Assembly (NCBI GenBank): GCA_951406725.2 | Contig: OX597814.1 | Span: 224,316,001-224,380,000, forward strand | From: Octopus vulgaris | Taxonomy: Eukaryota | DNA length: 64,000 nucleotides | Reading direction: 5' to 3' | Shown here: positions 40,221-53,540 of the stretch, piece after piece | Layout: each line of letters starts with the position of its first letter | Position numbering within the stretch: the stretch's first letter is position 1 | The notes under the pieces: generated by a model | The model's database searches: none | Seen by the model: the letters and a program-made list of their open reading frames with translations, nothing else | Told to the model about the DNA's origin: nothing | Translations under genes and position numbers: made by a program

Positions 40221-40364
40221 TACGACATGGCCTTAATACTCTCTAGAATGTATTTGTCGATGATATGTGTGTATGTATGCCAGAAAGTTTACAAATCTAA
40301 CGGAGGCTTCAAAAGACATTTTAAGATCCACAAAGATCAGAACTTATCAGCAGCTATTGGTGAT

Positions 40365-40498
40365 CCAAATCCACTCACAAGGCTTTGGTCGGCCCGAGGC
40401 TATAGTAGAAGACACTTGCCTAAGGTGCCACGAAGTGGGATTGAACCCGGGACCATGTGGTTGGTAAGCAAGCTACTTACCACACAGCCATTCCTGCG
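40365..40498 (-). mobile_element. SINE family A, 5' fragment
   Basis: CAAATCCACTCACAAGGCTTTGGTCGGCCCGAGG...CACACAGCCA. Confidence 0.85.
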
Positions 40499-40503
40499 AC
40501 TGT

Positions 40504-40552
<49 letters not shown>

Positions 40553-40553
<1 letters not shown>

Positions 40554-40935
40554 GGAGAATTCACAAAAGAACAAAAGACGAAGACAGGTGGTGTAGACAA
40601 CAAATAGATGTAGTAGTATAACGCTCGGGAATTGAAAAAGTCTTTAACGTTTCGAGCCTAGGCTCTTCCACAGAAAGGAACACAGAGAGAAAATAAAGAA
40701 TGTGTAGTGGCTAGCGATCTATCATGGCGAATATATATATATATTCAAAATGTGACCGCGTGTGAACCGTTCGCGATTTTTTTTCCTTTGTCTTCCCTTC
40801 TCTGGATCTTTCCTTCTCCTATGTTTCCGACGAAGAGCTCCGCTCGAAACGTCAAACCCTCCTTTCCTGTGCGTCCAATAATACTATATTTGTTCCACGT
40901 CCTCGCGTTGTTGTGTTCTTTTGTGCTTTTTTGTG
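40553..40935. mobile_element. Two Penelope-like terminal fragments in opposite orientation within (TA)n
   Basis: 40553-40730 (minus, hammerhead-like motif at 40641-40678) and 40745-40935 (plus, motif at 40823-40857). Confidence 0.65.
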
Positions 40936-40952
40936 CTTTCATATTTGGATTA

Positions 40953-41004
<52 letters not shown>

Positions 41005-41540
41005 CAGATATTGGATTAGAAATTTGATATTATTAACAAATGCAGCATCTGTCATCGCACATTATAACGTAGAAAGATAAACGAGGAACGGATGTGCGTA
41101 TGCGAGTAAACAGTCTTTGGTCATCCCGTAATGTTCCTAAGAGACTTCCAGGTCTATAATACCGCTATATTTCAGTATTTTCCTGTTTAAATATCTTTTC
41201 TTGTCTCTCAATGATACATTTCCTTAGATTGTGTGTGCCTCTAATTCTCATTTAATGTAGAAGAGCATAAAAGTGCTCAATACAAAGATACAGTAGAACA
41301 GTGTCGGCTTAAAATTATTCTGATTTGTGATGCGCTTTAAAGAGCGATACTCGGAAATTTTCATGAACAACACATTTCAGCATTGCTTTGGAAATGAATT
41401 TAGTATACATGGATGTTTGTATTTTTGCCTGTTGGAATGGCTGGCTACTATATCTATGTTACATTTCATATGTATGATACATACATACATATACGCATAT
41501 AAAGGTTTAAGCTTCTTCTCGACACATTGGGCAGGGGTGT

Positions 41541-41815
41541 AGGTACATGGCCTAGTGGTTAGAGCGGCGGACTCACGGTCGAGGGATCACAGGTTCGAAT
41601 CTCAGACCGGGTGATATGTGTATTTATGAGCGAAACACATAAGCTCCACGCGGCTCCGGCAGAAGGTAATGGCGAACTTCTGCAGACTCTTTCGCCACAA
41701 CTTTCTCTTGCTTCTTGCAGCTCACCTGCGACGGACCGGTGTCTCGTCCAGTTGGGGAACCTATACACCAAGGAAACCGGGAAACCGGCCCTTGTGAGCC
41801 AGGCGTGATTCGAGA
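41541..41815 (+). mobile_element. SINE family C variant
   Basis: TGGCCTAGTGGTTAGAGCGGCGGACTC...GGTTCGAATCTC (A and B boxes). Confidence 0.85.
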
Positions 41816-41861
41816 AGGAGCAAACAACATTGGGCAGGGATCTCGGTCTCTGTGACACATA

Positions 41862-42031
41862 TATTCCCTGCTGGACGGGACGCCGGCACGTCACAGGATT
41901 ACTCATTTTTGTCAGCTGAGTGGACTGAGGCAATGTGAAATGAAGTCTCCTGTTCAAGTACACAACACATTGCCCGGCCCCGGGATCGAAATTACTATCT
42001 TCCACCCTAATCCCTATGCTACGCGCCTGAG

Positions 42032-42032
<1 letters not shown>
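41862..42032 (-). mobile_element. SINE family C-related copy, tail-to-tail with 41541
   Basis: Reverse-complement similarity to 48115-48356. Confidence 0.7.
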
Positions 42033-42098
<66 letters not shown>

Positions 42099-42357
42099 GA
42101 AGCGGAGAGTGTCACAAACATACAAAGATAAGTATGGTTGAGTAACGTTAATCGTACCTAGTTAACCGCATTTGTTCCCTCTCTCTTTTTAGATATGAGG
42201 AAATAATCCGGTTTAGCAACATAGAATTATAATAGACGCCACAGTCTTACAACACAGGTGTGTACGGAGTACAGCTTTCTTGCATTAAAACGAATACCCC
42301 GACACCCCACACGCACAAATACACACACACATACACACACACATATATATACATACA

Positions 42358-42436
<79 letters not shown>

Positions 42437-42469
42437 TACACATATATACAGACACATTTATACACACAT

Positions 42470-42510
<41 letters not shown>

Positions 42511-42708
42511 GATATACAGATATACACAAACATAGAAAGAGATGGATATATACTACGTGTGTGTGTGTGTGTATTTATGGATGTGTGCGTGTGTGAGTGT
42601 GATATGTCAGTGAGTGTAATGTGTCAATGAGTCTGGGTATGAGTGCGTTAGTGAGTGAATGTATGTATGTACGTTCGTGCATGCGTATGTGTGCGTGAAT
42701 GTGCGTGC

Positions 42709-42761
<53 letters not shown>

Positions 42762-43315
42762 TGTGTGTGACCGTATGTATATATGTATTTGCCTAATATT
42801 GTTCTTTAATTCTTTCAGCCAATGAATCTGTGTATATTTTAGGATATATATATATAAATTCAGTGTGAGGAGAAGGAAAAAGTAAAAAGCAGAGGGGCAG
42901 AAAGATCTTAACGCCCCTGTTTGTACCCCTCATCCGGAAAGTGTACCAAATATCCTTTAAATACACATATTAAGAGAATGCACTTCGTAACACTGCTTGA
43001 CATGTATACACTCCTATATTCCTGACGTACTAAGACACGCATATATACACATGCCTACGTGCACACGTACACACACATACACACACGTCTAGACTTACAA
43101 ATATAAACTGTATATTGATATCAGGGAATATGTTAGTCTAAATTGGTTCGAGTCGCATTCAATTACGAGGAAATATTGCTATATATACACATACATAGAT
43201 GTAGATAGATAGATACATACATACATGCATACATAAATATTTATATATATATATATATATATCTGTATATATTTTAGGAAATAAGTAGTGCAATGAAAAA
43301 CGTACATATATAAAT

Positions 43316-43376
<61 letters not shown>

Positions 43377-43435
43377 CATATGTATATATATGATTGTCAT
43401 ATATGTATGAATAGATATATATTTGCATATATATA

Positions 43436-43787
43436 TATGGTTCCGGGTTCAGTCCCACTGCGTGGCATCTTGGCCAAGTGTCTTCTACTATAGCCCCGGG
43501 TCGACCAATGCCTTGTGAGTGGATTTGGTAGATGGAAACTGAAAGAAGCCTGTCGTATATATGTATATATGTGTATGTATGTGTGTCTGTGTTTGTCCCC
43601 CCTAGCATTGCTTGACAACCGATGCTGGTGTGTTTACGTCCCCGTCACTTAGCGGTTCGGCAAAAGAGACCGATAGAATAAGTACTGGGCTTACAAAGAA
43701 TAAGTCCCGGGGTCGATTTGCTCGACTAAAGGCGGTGCTCCAGCATGGCCGCAGTTAAATGACTGAAACAAGTAAAAGAGTAAAAGA

Positions 43788-43789
<2 letters not shown>
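43436..43789 (+). mobile_element. SINE family A, 5'-truncated, in (TA)n
   Basis: Near-consensus body with tail (GTAAAAGA)n. Confidence 0.9.
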
Positions 43790-43850
<61 letters not shown>

Positions 43851-44422
43851 TGTATATATGTATACATGTATCTGTCTATTTGTGTGAGTACTTGTTTCTG
43901 TCACACTCTCTCTCGCACAGATGTATTTAACTAATTATATTGGTTTCAAATTTTGGTGCCAGTAGGTTTCGGGGAGGGTTAGGGTTACATCGATCCAGTG
44001 TTCAACTGGTATTAAGCATTTTGCCCGGCGTGCTAACCACTCTGCCAGTTCGCCGCCTTCATTTGACTAGTTTCTTTTTTTTCTTTTGAGTATGTCGATT
44101 CTTTTTATTATAATATACTTGATCCAATTTCTGTAAACTGAGGATGATGATGTCGATGTTGATGTTGATGATGATGTTGATGATGAGGATGATGATGATG
44201 AAGAGAAGTATGAAGACGACCATCCCTGTCATATCCACCATCTCCACGACCATCATTATTCTCATAATCGCTATGAATAACTATGTATTTAGATTAGTCA
44301 TTGATACTAATCTAACAAAAATAACTCCACGTTTTCAGCTTCTCTGATTTAAATAGCAACCAATTTTCCGTCCAACCGTCTTTACAAATAGAACTGGAAT
44401 GACTCGATGGTGGATAAAGTAG

Positions 44423-44478
<56 letters not shown>

Positions 44479-44839
44479 TAAGATTCTACTCTCGCTTAGC
44501 CATAAAATATGTAAGTAAAAATTAAAGGAAACTCAAAGAGTTTATTTTTAACTTTACTTAATTAATTAATTAATTAAATTATTATATTTATGCATTTATT
44601 TACATATCTTTGAACAAGTACTTTTTTATTGTCAGTCTGACAAGGACGGGCTGCGGGGATGACAATCTTTTCAGGGCTTTCGAAACTGATGAAAAGAAGG
44701 GAAGTAGTTTTCTTTGTATCGGAAACCATACCCAGTTGCTTGTCACAGACAATCCATGGTGGATTAAGTCTAGCGCTCAAGTACCCAGAAGACACACACA
44801 CACAAAAACCCTGGTAAGATAATGCCAGATATCTTATTC

Positions 44840-45021
44840 TACAGTGCTATATTTAAGAGTTGAGGAATTATATACATTATTTACATCTGACGGATATTTG
44901 TCCTCATCTTGTTTATTGTTAACGCAGCGTTTCGACTGATATACCCTCCAGCCTTCATCAGGTGTCTTAGGGACATTTCGAGCCTGGGTTCTCATTCCTA
45001 AGGTATTTTTCGATGTTGTTG

Positions 45022-45088
<67 letters not shown>

Positions 45089-45190
45089 GGTCACTGCCTG
45101 GAATCGAACTCGGAATCTTTTAACCACTACGCCATATGCCCGTAGGCAAGAACGGAGTAAAGTTTTAGGGCTTATAAATCTAATATTCTC
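44840..45190 (-). mobile_element. Composite element: tRNA-like head + (AAT)n + hammerhead tail (longest family H copy)
   Basis: A box TGGCGTAGTGG (45124-45134), B box GTTCGATTCC (45100-45109), (AAT)n, then the family H body with a hammerhead at 44921-44966. Confidence 0.7.
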
Positions 45191-45339
45191 TACTGGAAAA
45201 TACGAAAACTAAAAGAATGTCCCGCATATGTAGATGTATGTATGTGTGTATGTATGTATGTATGTATGTATGTATGTATGTATGTATGTATGTATGTATG
45301 TATGTACGTACGTATGCATACAGCCATGTATGCATATAC

Positions 45340-45371
<32 letters not shown>

Positions 45372-45410
45372 ATGTGTGTATGCATGCATGTATGTATATA
45401 TATATGTATG

Positions 45411-45456
<46 letters not shown>

Positions 45457-45499
45457 CATGTATATATATATGTATGCATGTATATATATATATATATGT

Positions 45500-45544
<45 letters not shown>

Positions 45545-45696
45545 CACATACACAGGAGCACATGCTCCCACGTATAACACATATATACTCATACACTCAT
45601 ATCAAGTTCCTTTTCAGAATTGGACCACTCCTTTATTGCTCTCATAAACATATTAATATACACATACATCATACAATACTTAAAGGCATACATAAA

Positions 45697-46440
<744 letters not shown>

Positions 46441-46644
46441 CCTGTATGTATGTATCTGTCTATGTATTTATCTACAATTACACACGCATATATTCATAAT
46501 GTATGCATATATAAATATATACTAACATACTCATAGTTATGTATATGCGCATACATACATACATAATGCATACCTGCATACATAAATACATACATACATA
46601 CATACATACATACATACATACATACATACATACATACATACATA

Positions 46645-46855
46645 CTGGTTTATACCTATGATTATTGGGGCGCTGGGATATGTAACACACTGCCTAAATA
46701 CCAATCTTGAGAAATTAGGCTTCTGAAAACCAGAAAGGACAATGCTAATTCAAAGACTATAGATCCAATCCATCATTGGAACTGCCAAAATCTGTAAAGC
46801 TTTATCATTTAAATATATCTGAGCATGTCTAGATATGTAACTATATGCATGAGAA
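46645..46855 (+). mobile_element. 3' end of an RLE-type LINE inserted in (CATA)n
   Basis: FIPMIIGALGYVTHCLNTNLEKLGF*...IQRL*IQSIIGTAKICK; (CATA)n on both sides. Confidence 0.7.
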
Positions 46856-47432
46856 TACATACATACATACATACATACATACATACATACATACATACAT
46901 ACATACATACATACATACATACATACATACATACATACATACATACACGCATACATACTGAAGTGTGTGTCAAAGTAGGAAAGGAAAGAATGTAATATCA
47001 AGCAGAATATATATGAAGTCTTTTTAATAACAAACATGAAGCCGTATACGATATTAATTGGGTATTGTTGAACACGAACAACTGAACCTAAGTATTTTAA
47101 TGTTATTTTCCTTCATAGCAAGAATAGACGCGTTTCTTCAAAGAAACAAAGAAAAACAATGTATTCAGAAGAAAGTTCAAATATACAACGTATAAAGTAG
47201 CAAAAGTATTTTAATTGTTTATAGTCTAAAGCGATATTGTTTCTCGCAATCCAATAAACTCGACCATGCATGAAAACGAAAACACAAACTTTTCCCATAG
47301 AGACGTACTCAGATGTACACAGGGACGTACACGATTTCACATACACAAATTTATACACACGCATATACACATACACACACGCGCTCATATATATTTAATA
47401 TAATATATACTTATATACAAGAGTGTGAATAT

Positions 47433-47843
47433 CTCTTTCTCTTTCACTCTTTTACTTGTTTCGGTCATTTGAGCACCGCCTTTAGTCGAAGAAATCGACC
47501 CCAGGACTTATTCTTTGTAAGCCTAGTACTTATTCTATCGTTTTCTTTTTTTTGCCGAGCCGCTAAGTTACGGGGGCGAAACACACCAGCATCGGTTGTC
47601 AAGCGATGTTGGGGGACAAACACAGACACACAAGCATATACACCATACACATACATACATAAATATATATACACGTATATGACAGGCTTCTTTCAGTTTC
47701 CGTCTACCAAATCCACTCACAAGGCTTTGGCCGGCCCGAGGCTATAGTAGAAGACACATGCCCAAGGTGCCACGCAGTGGGGCTGAACCCGAAACCATGT
47801 GGTTGGTAAGCAAGCTACTTATCACACAGCCACTCCTGCTCCT
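47433..47843 (-). mobile_element. SINE family A
   Basis: Full head and body. Confidence 0.9.
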
Positions 47844-47853
47844 ATATATGTAT

Positions 47854-48377
47854 AAACTTAGGGAATAGAGTAGATAAAATCCAGGCTACATATGTTTCAT
47901 AGCTAGCCGAACCTCGAAAGTAGTAATTATACAAATGAGGGATAATACGCTGGTTACTTATCAGGCCAAAGATATCTGAATCAAAAGAAGTTAACATCGT
48001 CGTCAGGGGATCATTGGCCAATGAGTAAATAGCGAATTGTCCTTCGTTAGGATGATTACTACTTCTGAGGATCTTCTAGCTGTGAAACATATGTAACCTG
48101 CATTTTATTTACTCCGCGTGGCTTAGTGGTTAGGGTGTCAGCACCATGATCGTAAGATTGTGGTTTCGATTCCTGGACCGGGCGACGCGTTGTGTTCTTG
48201 AGCAAAACGCTTCATTTCACGTTGCTCCAGTCCACTCAACTAGCAAAAATGAGTAACGCTGTGATGGACTGGCGTCCCGTCCAGCTGGGGAGCACATACG
48301 CCATAGAAACCGGGAAACCGGGCCCATGAGCCTGGCTAGGCTTTAAAAGGGCGCATTTATTTTTTATTCCTTAATTT
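47854..48377. mobile_element. Inverted-repeat element with a family C SINE (48115-48356, +) in its right arm
   Basis: Left arm TTAGGGAATAGAGTAGATAAAATCCAGGCTACATATGTTTCATAGCTAG; right arm CTAGCTGTGAAACATATGTAACCTGCATTTTATTTACTC[SINE]TATTCCTTAA. Confidence 0.6.
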
Positions 48378-49124
48378 GGGATTTCTATTCGCATGCATAT
48401 CAAACCCTACTGTTAACCGTAAGGTATTAAACAATTTTTTCAGTTTATCGAAATTCAATATGAGAATAACATATGCAACCTTCTACGTCAATAAATCAGT
48501 GTTGTTCCAGAGCGTTGTTTTTTTAATACATTCTACGGACTGCTTTAAGCTTACTATCTTCCTACACTTTGATACTAGGATCTTATCTTTACTTATATAT
48601 ATATATAATGTATATGTATCTCTCTCTTTCTCTCTCCGTCTCTCTCTCTTTCCCTCTCTCTCTCTATATATATAAATCATATATATATAATATATATAAT
48701 AATATATATACTGCTATGCCTAAGCAGTTGACTGAAAAATGATGAGCTAACTCAGGTTAGTTTAGTATCTTTGCATAAAATTTGAGTGAAATTGTTTTGT
48801 GAGTGTTTTGACTCAATCGGATGCGCATGGAGCCATGTTAGCGTTGATATCCGGGTTCGATTCTAACCTGAGTTAACTCATAATTTTTTCAGTAAATTGT
48901 TTAGATACTGTTGCTTCAATCGGAACATATATATATTATCATTATGATATATTATTATATAGTTATTATTGTATAAACAAACTTTCGAAGTCGCTCTTTC
49001 AACGTAAAATATCAAGCCTCTGGGTGTGTTTACAAATGTTATGCAAATGTGTGTGTATATATATATATATATATATGTATGAATAAAAAATGGAGTTAAT
49101 TGTTAACAAGGTAAAAATACACTC

Positions 49125-49217
<93 letters not shown>

Positions 49218-49221
<4 letters not shown>

Positions 49222-49522
49222 GTAAAAAATACAGGAGCAACAGATACATATTTTTTTTGTCATACTCCCCTCTCAGATTCGCACACTTATTGCAGCGGTC
49301 CTTCAGTTTTACAAAACTCTGCAACAGAACGCAGAAGGTTGGGCCTCCAATCAGGCCTTTCGTGACACTCTCAAAGCCATCAACTTTTCAATATCTCGTC
49401 GTATGAAGGGCCGCTGCAATAAGTGTGCGAATCTTAGAGGGGGTATGACAAATAAAACAATTAACTGGTGCTCCTGTAGTTTCTTTTATCCAAAGCCAGG
49501 AACCTTTCAGCACTCGCCTCGT
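49218..49522. mobile_element. Mariner-derived foldback MITE
   Basis: Inverted arms at about 49220-49305 and 49402-49490; right end CCAGGAACCTTTCAGCACTCGCCTCG|TA. Confidence 0.65.
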
Positions 49523-49539
49523 ATATCTATCTATGTCTA

Positions 49540-49800
<261 letters not shown>

Positions 49801-49802
49801 CT

Positions 49803-49880
<78 letters not shown>

Positions 49881-50033
49881 ACACGATGTGGTGCTGAAAT
49901 ATTCATGACTTTAACGGTATCGCGAAAGGCTTGGCTGAGATTCAACCTTCCAAGGTCTTTACAAGGCTTAGAATACTTGATGCTCCTGTATTTTCTTTTA
50001 CACAAAACCAGGAACTTTTCAGCACTCCTCTCG
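49881..50033. mobile_element. Mariner-type MITE related to 49218-49522
   Basis: TIRs CGATGTGGTGCTGAAATATTCATG / CCAGGAACTTTTCAGCACTCCTCTCG in a TA context. Confidence 0.65.
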
Positions 50034-50217
50034 TATATATATATATATATATATATATAAGAAATAATAGAGTAAAATACATATTTGTATCGATATCGAT
50101 ATGATCAACTACAGCTCACTGAAGACCGTGTCTCGCCATAGTCCCACTTCCATGTCTCAATGAATTGAAGAATAAAGTTGCCAACCATGACTGCTGCGTT
50201 CAAGCTGAAACTAAAAG

Positions 50218-50277
<60 letters not shown>

Positions 50278-51099
50278 CACACACATATATATGATCTATA
50301 TATATGAATGATCGAACGCCACGCATCTATTTCCAAGTAAGTTTTATCTTAATAATTCCGATACGCACTCTACAGCTATCTCTATTCTATCTCCTTCTCT
50401 TGTTCTTCTTCCTTTCTGTTTCTCTCCCCCAACCTTTCTCTAATCTCACTCTCCCTCACTCTTCCTCCTTGACTCTCTCGTTGTTCACACGTGACCAACG
50501 GCTATCTATCTTTCTATCTTCCACTTCCTTCCTAAAGACATGACGTGCTTTTGCCTATCTCTTCCCAAAGCTTGTTTCTCAAGCGTTCATCACTTCACCT
50601 CGTTATGGTTTAACAACTCTTACTTCGCAATTGTACAATCCCTCAAACGTACAAATTCCTGCATGAATTATACAAATAAACAAGAAAAGCACTCGGAGAG
50701 TGCAGACCTCTGCCAAGCAGCTCATTTCCACCCATATACACGCATACTGAAAATCGCCCAATTGCCCAATCCAACGCCGGCAAAAACATAACCTCCTTGG
50801 CGTGGTTAAAAAAAATAACACAGCAATATGATTTTTTAAAACAATACTTTAAAAACAGGAATCATCTGAAGCAGTTATAATACATCAATGACAACAACAA
50901 GCTCGTTTCGCCATACAACTAAAAAGAAACGACAATTGCCTAAAACTTGAGTGATACACACACAACACGAGTAAAATTATTATAGAGAAACGAAAATAAG
51001 CTTTGGAAACAGCAACGCCACCATAGGTTGCGTTTTCAAGGGAGATAATCCAAGAACGTAACATCGTAATACTTCATGTAAAGTAAATATATCAAATGA

Positions 51100-51285
51100 A
51101 AAACCCTTCAAGAATCCATAAAAATTCTCAGATCACTAACAAAATTTCATCATCTGCTCCTTGTGTCTTTACCAACTTTCCCGGCAAGTTTCATCAAATA
51201 CCGTTCACAACTTTTTGAGTTATTTGGCACACAAACGGATAAACCAACGCTGATGAAAACAACCCCCTTCCTTGGCGGATGTAAT
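51100..51285 (+). mobile_element. Helentron/HINE-like non-autonomous end (similar end near 50765-50810)
   Basis: AAGTTTCATCAAA...TTTTTGAGTTAT...GAAAACAACCCCTTCCTTGGCGGATGTAAT. Confidence 0.5.
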
Positions 51286-51289
51286 CAAT

Positions 51290-51700
51290 ACGATGAATAT
51301 TGGTAGGACATTCCCATCAAAACTTCTACCAAGTGCCAACGGAACAGGTCTGATATAGTTATTTGTGACAAAAGAAAAAAAAGAAGAAATAAAGAAAAAG
51401 AATCTTGTTTGTTATAGAAGTTAGTTGCCCGGCAAATGTGAACAATTCTTCCAAAATCAGCAAGAAGAATATTTTGGGATAACTTATTCGAAACCTTCGG
51501 CTCCTCTACTCAGATTTATAAATTCACAATCCTACTAATAATCATAGTATCACTTGGTTATCTTAGGAAATGTCTAAATGACAATATGGTACAACCAATA
51601 TTTTCAGGTAAAGAACGAATTTGATTACCACACACTTTACAGATGTCATATCTAAATGGAACAGGAAAAATATGCAAAAATTTCCTCCAGCTCATTTTGT
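51290..51700 (+). mobile_element. RLE-type LINE endonuclease remnant, related to 46645
   Basis: EYW*DIPIKTSTKCQRNRSDIVICD...IEVSCPANVN...II..LGY...CL. Confidence 0.65.
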
Positions 51701-51838
51701 AACAATTATCGCTTTTGTTATTCAAATCTCAGCGATGGAGATTTTCTTTGTGAGAAACGCGTTTCCTTTTTGCTTTAATATGTTGAGAATATTGATCACA
51801 TCAATACCCAATAACTTATAAAGAGTTTCTCGTGAAGG

Positions 51839-52068
51839 TGGCGGGGCTGGCAGAAACGGTAGCGCACCGGGCGAAATGCGTAGTCGTATTTCGTCTGTCG
51901 TTACGTTGTGAGTTCAAATCCCGCCGAGGTCGACTTTGCCTTTCATCCTTTCGGGGTCGATAAATTAAGTACCAGTTTCGCACTGGGGTCGATGTAATCG
52001 ACTCAATCCTTTTGTCTGTCCTTGTTTGTCTCCTCTATGTGTAGCCCCTTGTGTGTAGTAAAGAAATA
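51839..52068 (+). mobile_element. SINE family B (tail type 1) with 17-bp TSD
   Basis: TSD TATAAAGAGTTTCTCGT at 51817-51833 and 52069-52085. Confidence 0.9.
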
Positions 52069-52099
52069 TATAAAGAGTTTCTCGTAAAGAATTTTGGTA

Positions 52100-52910
52100 T
52101 CATGGTTAATGATTCGTCGGCCTCATCATTCTCAAAGTCTCTGCTCTTACCGACGAAAACTTCACCTGATATTTCTTCTATGAATATTTCAAAACTCAAG
52201 TCACTTTCTAGTTAGCTTTAGACGAAAGCTTCTACGACATCTGTTTCGCCTGACATCCGAAACCCTTTTGTTTCGCATTTTTTAAAACCTTTTTTAACTC
52301 CACGTCTGCAGAAGTGTTTTTGTTCGTTTTATTGTTTATTTTATTTTTTTACACGTGTTGACTCGAATGATAATCTTCTGTGCCTTCACCAAACAGCTAA
52401 ATTGAATATTCCCGACTTGAGGATGTAGTTGTTGATGCTTTTCAGAGTTCTTTGTCCTCGTATATTTTGTGTAAGAAAAACATCAACTTCAATTAACGCG
52501 AGAACTTTGTCGACGACAGAATTTTGATGCTGGTAGATTAGCAACAAGAAAATCTGTTGAGTCTGTCAAATATAAGATTTCGGTGCAAAGTTGTCCCTCA
52601 AGTATAATACAGACTCCGACATGCATTTACCACAAGGGAGGCAATTATCAGGGTTGGCTCTGTTACAGGTAGGTGTGGGATATGATTTCGAGTTGTTTGC
52701 GTCTGCAAGTCATTTACCGTTGGGTCTTCGACTTATTTCCTGTTGCATATTTTAAGAAACTAGAGTTCTCGTGTATATAGTAAGGGATTATTATACGGAA
52801 CCATTTAGCTGTGTTTGTTTTGCGCTATATTGGCGACTTTATTCTAAAATATTATTTGTTTCCTGTTCATACGCTTTGGGATATCAATTCCATGCTTGTT
52901 CTACGGATTT
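52100..52910 (-). mobile_element. Decayed Penelope-like GIY-YIG remnant
   Basis: TCNRANPDNCLPCGKCMSESVLY resembles the CNC....CPL.GKC....VIY linker. Confidence 0.45.
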
Positions 52911-52999
52911 TGGAATAAATGCATTAATTGTATTAAACATTTTAATTTAGAAACTTTTTCTTCGAAGATATTGTAAAGAAATACATAGAAAGGGAAATA

Positions 53000-53540
53000 T
53001 TGGGTTTACATTTTGGCTCAAGGCCAGCAATTTCGAGCAAAGGGAGTAAGTTGATTAAATGGATCCTAGTTATCAACTGGTTCTTATTTTATCGACTTCG
53101 AAAGAATGAAAGGCAAAATTGATTTGGGTGGAATTTGAACTCACGACGTACTGACGGACAAAAGGCCGTTAAGCATTTTGCCCGGCATGTTAACGGTTCT
53201 ATCAGCTTGCTACCCTAAGTGAAAGGGAAATATTGATTTCAAATTTTGACACAAGGCCAACAATTTCGGGGGAGGAGGAAAGTCGATTACATCGACTTCA
53301 GTACATGACAAGTATTTATTTTGTTGGCCCCAAAGGGGATGAAGGGCAAAATCAAGCTCGGCTGCAGTTCGACAAGAGGAAGGCCACCAAATTCGGGGAA
53401 AGGGGATAGTCGTGTACATCACCCAGAAAGGGATGAAAAGCAAAGTTGACCTTGGCGGTATTTGAACTCATAGCGCAAAAACAGATGAAATGCCGCTGAA
53501 CATTTTACCCGGCGTGCTAACTCTTCACCCAGCTTACCGC
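53000..53540 (-). mobile_element. Two or three diverged SINE family B copies
   Basis: GATGAAAGGCAAA..GAATTTGAACTC..GCATTTTGCCCGGC motifs repeated. Confidence 0.75.

Noticed and set aside
41541-41610. Genuine tRNA gene
   Set aside because: The A/B boxes continue into a SINE family C body, so it is a SINE head.
49402-49445. TGAAGG..GCGAATC as a hammerhead
   Set aside because: The core is not matched, and it lies in the arm of a mariner-type MITE.
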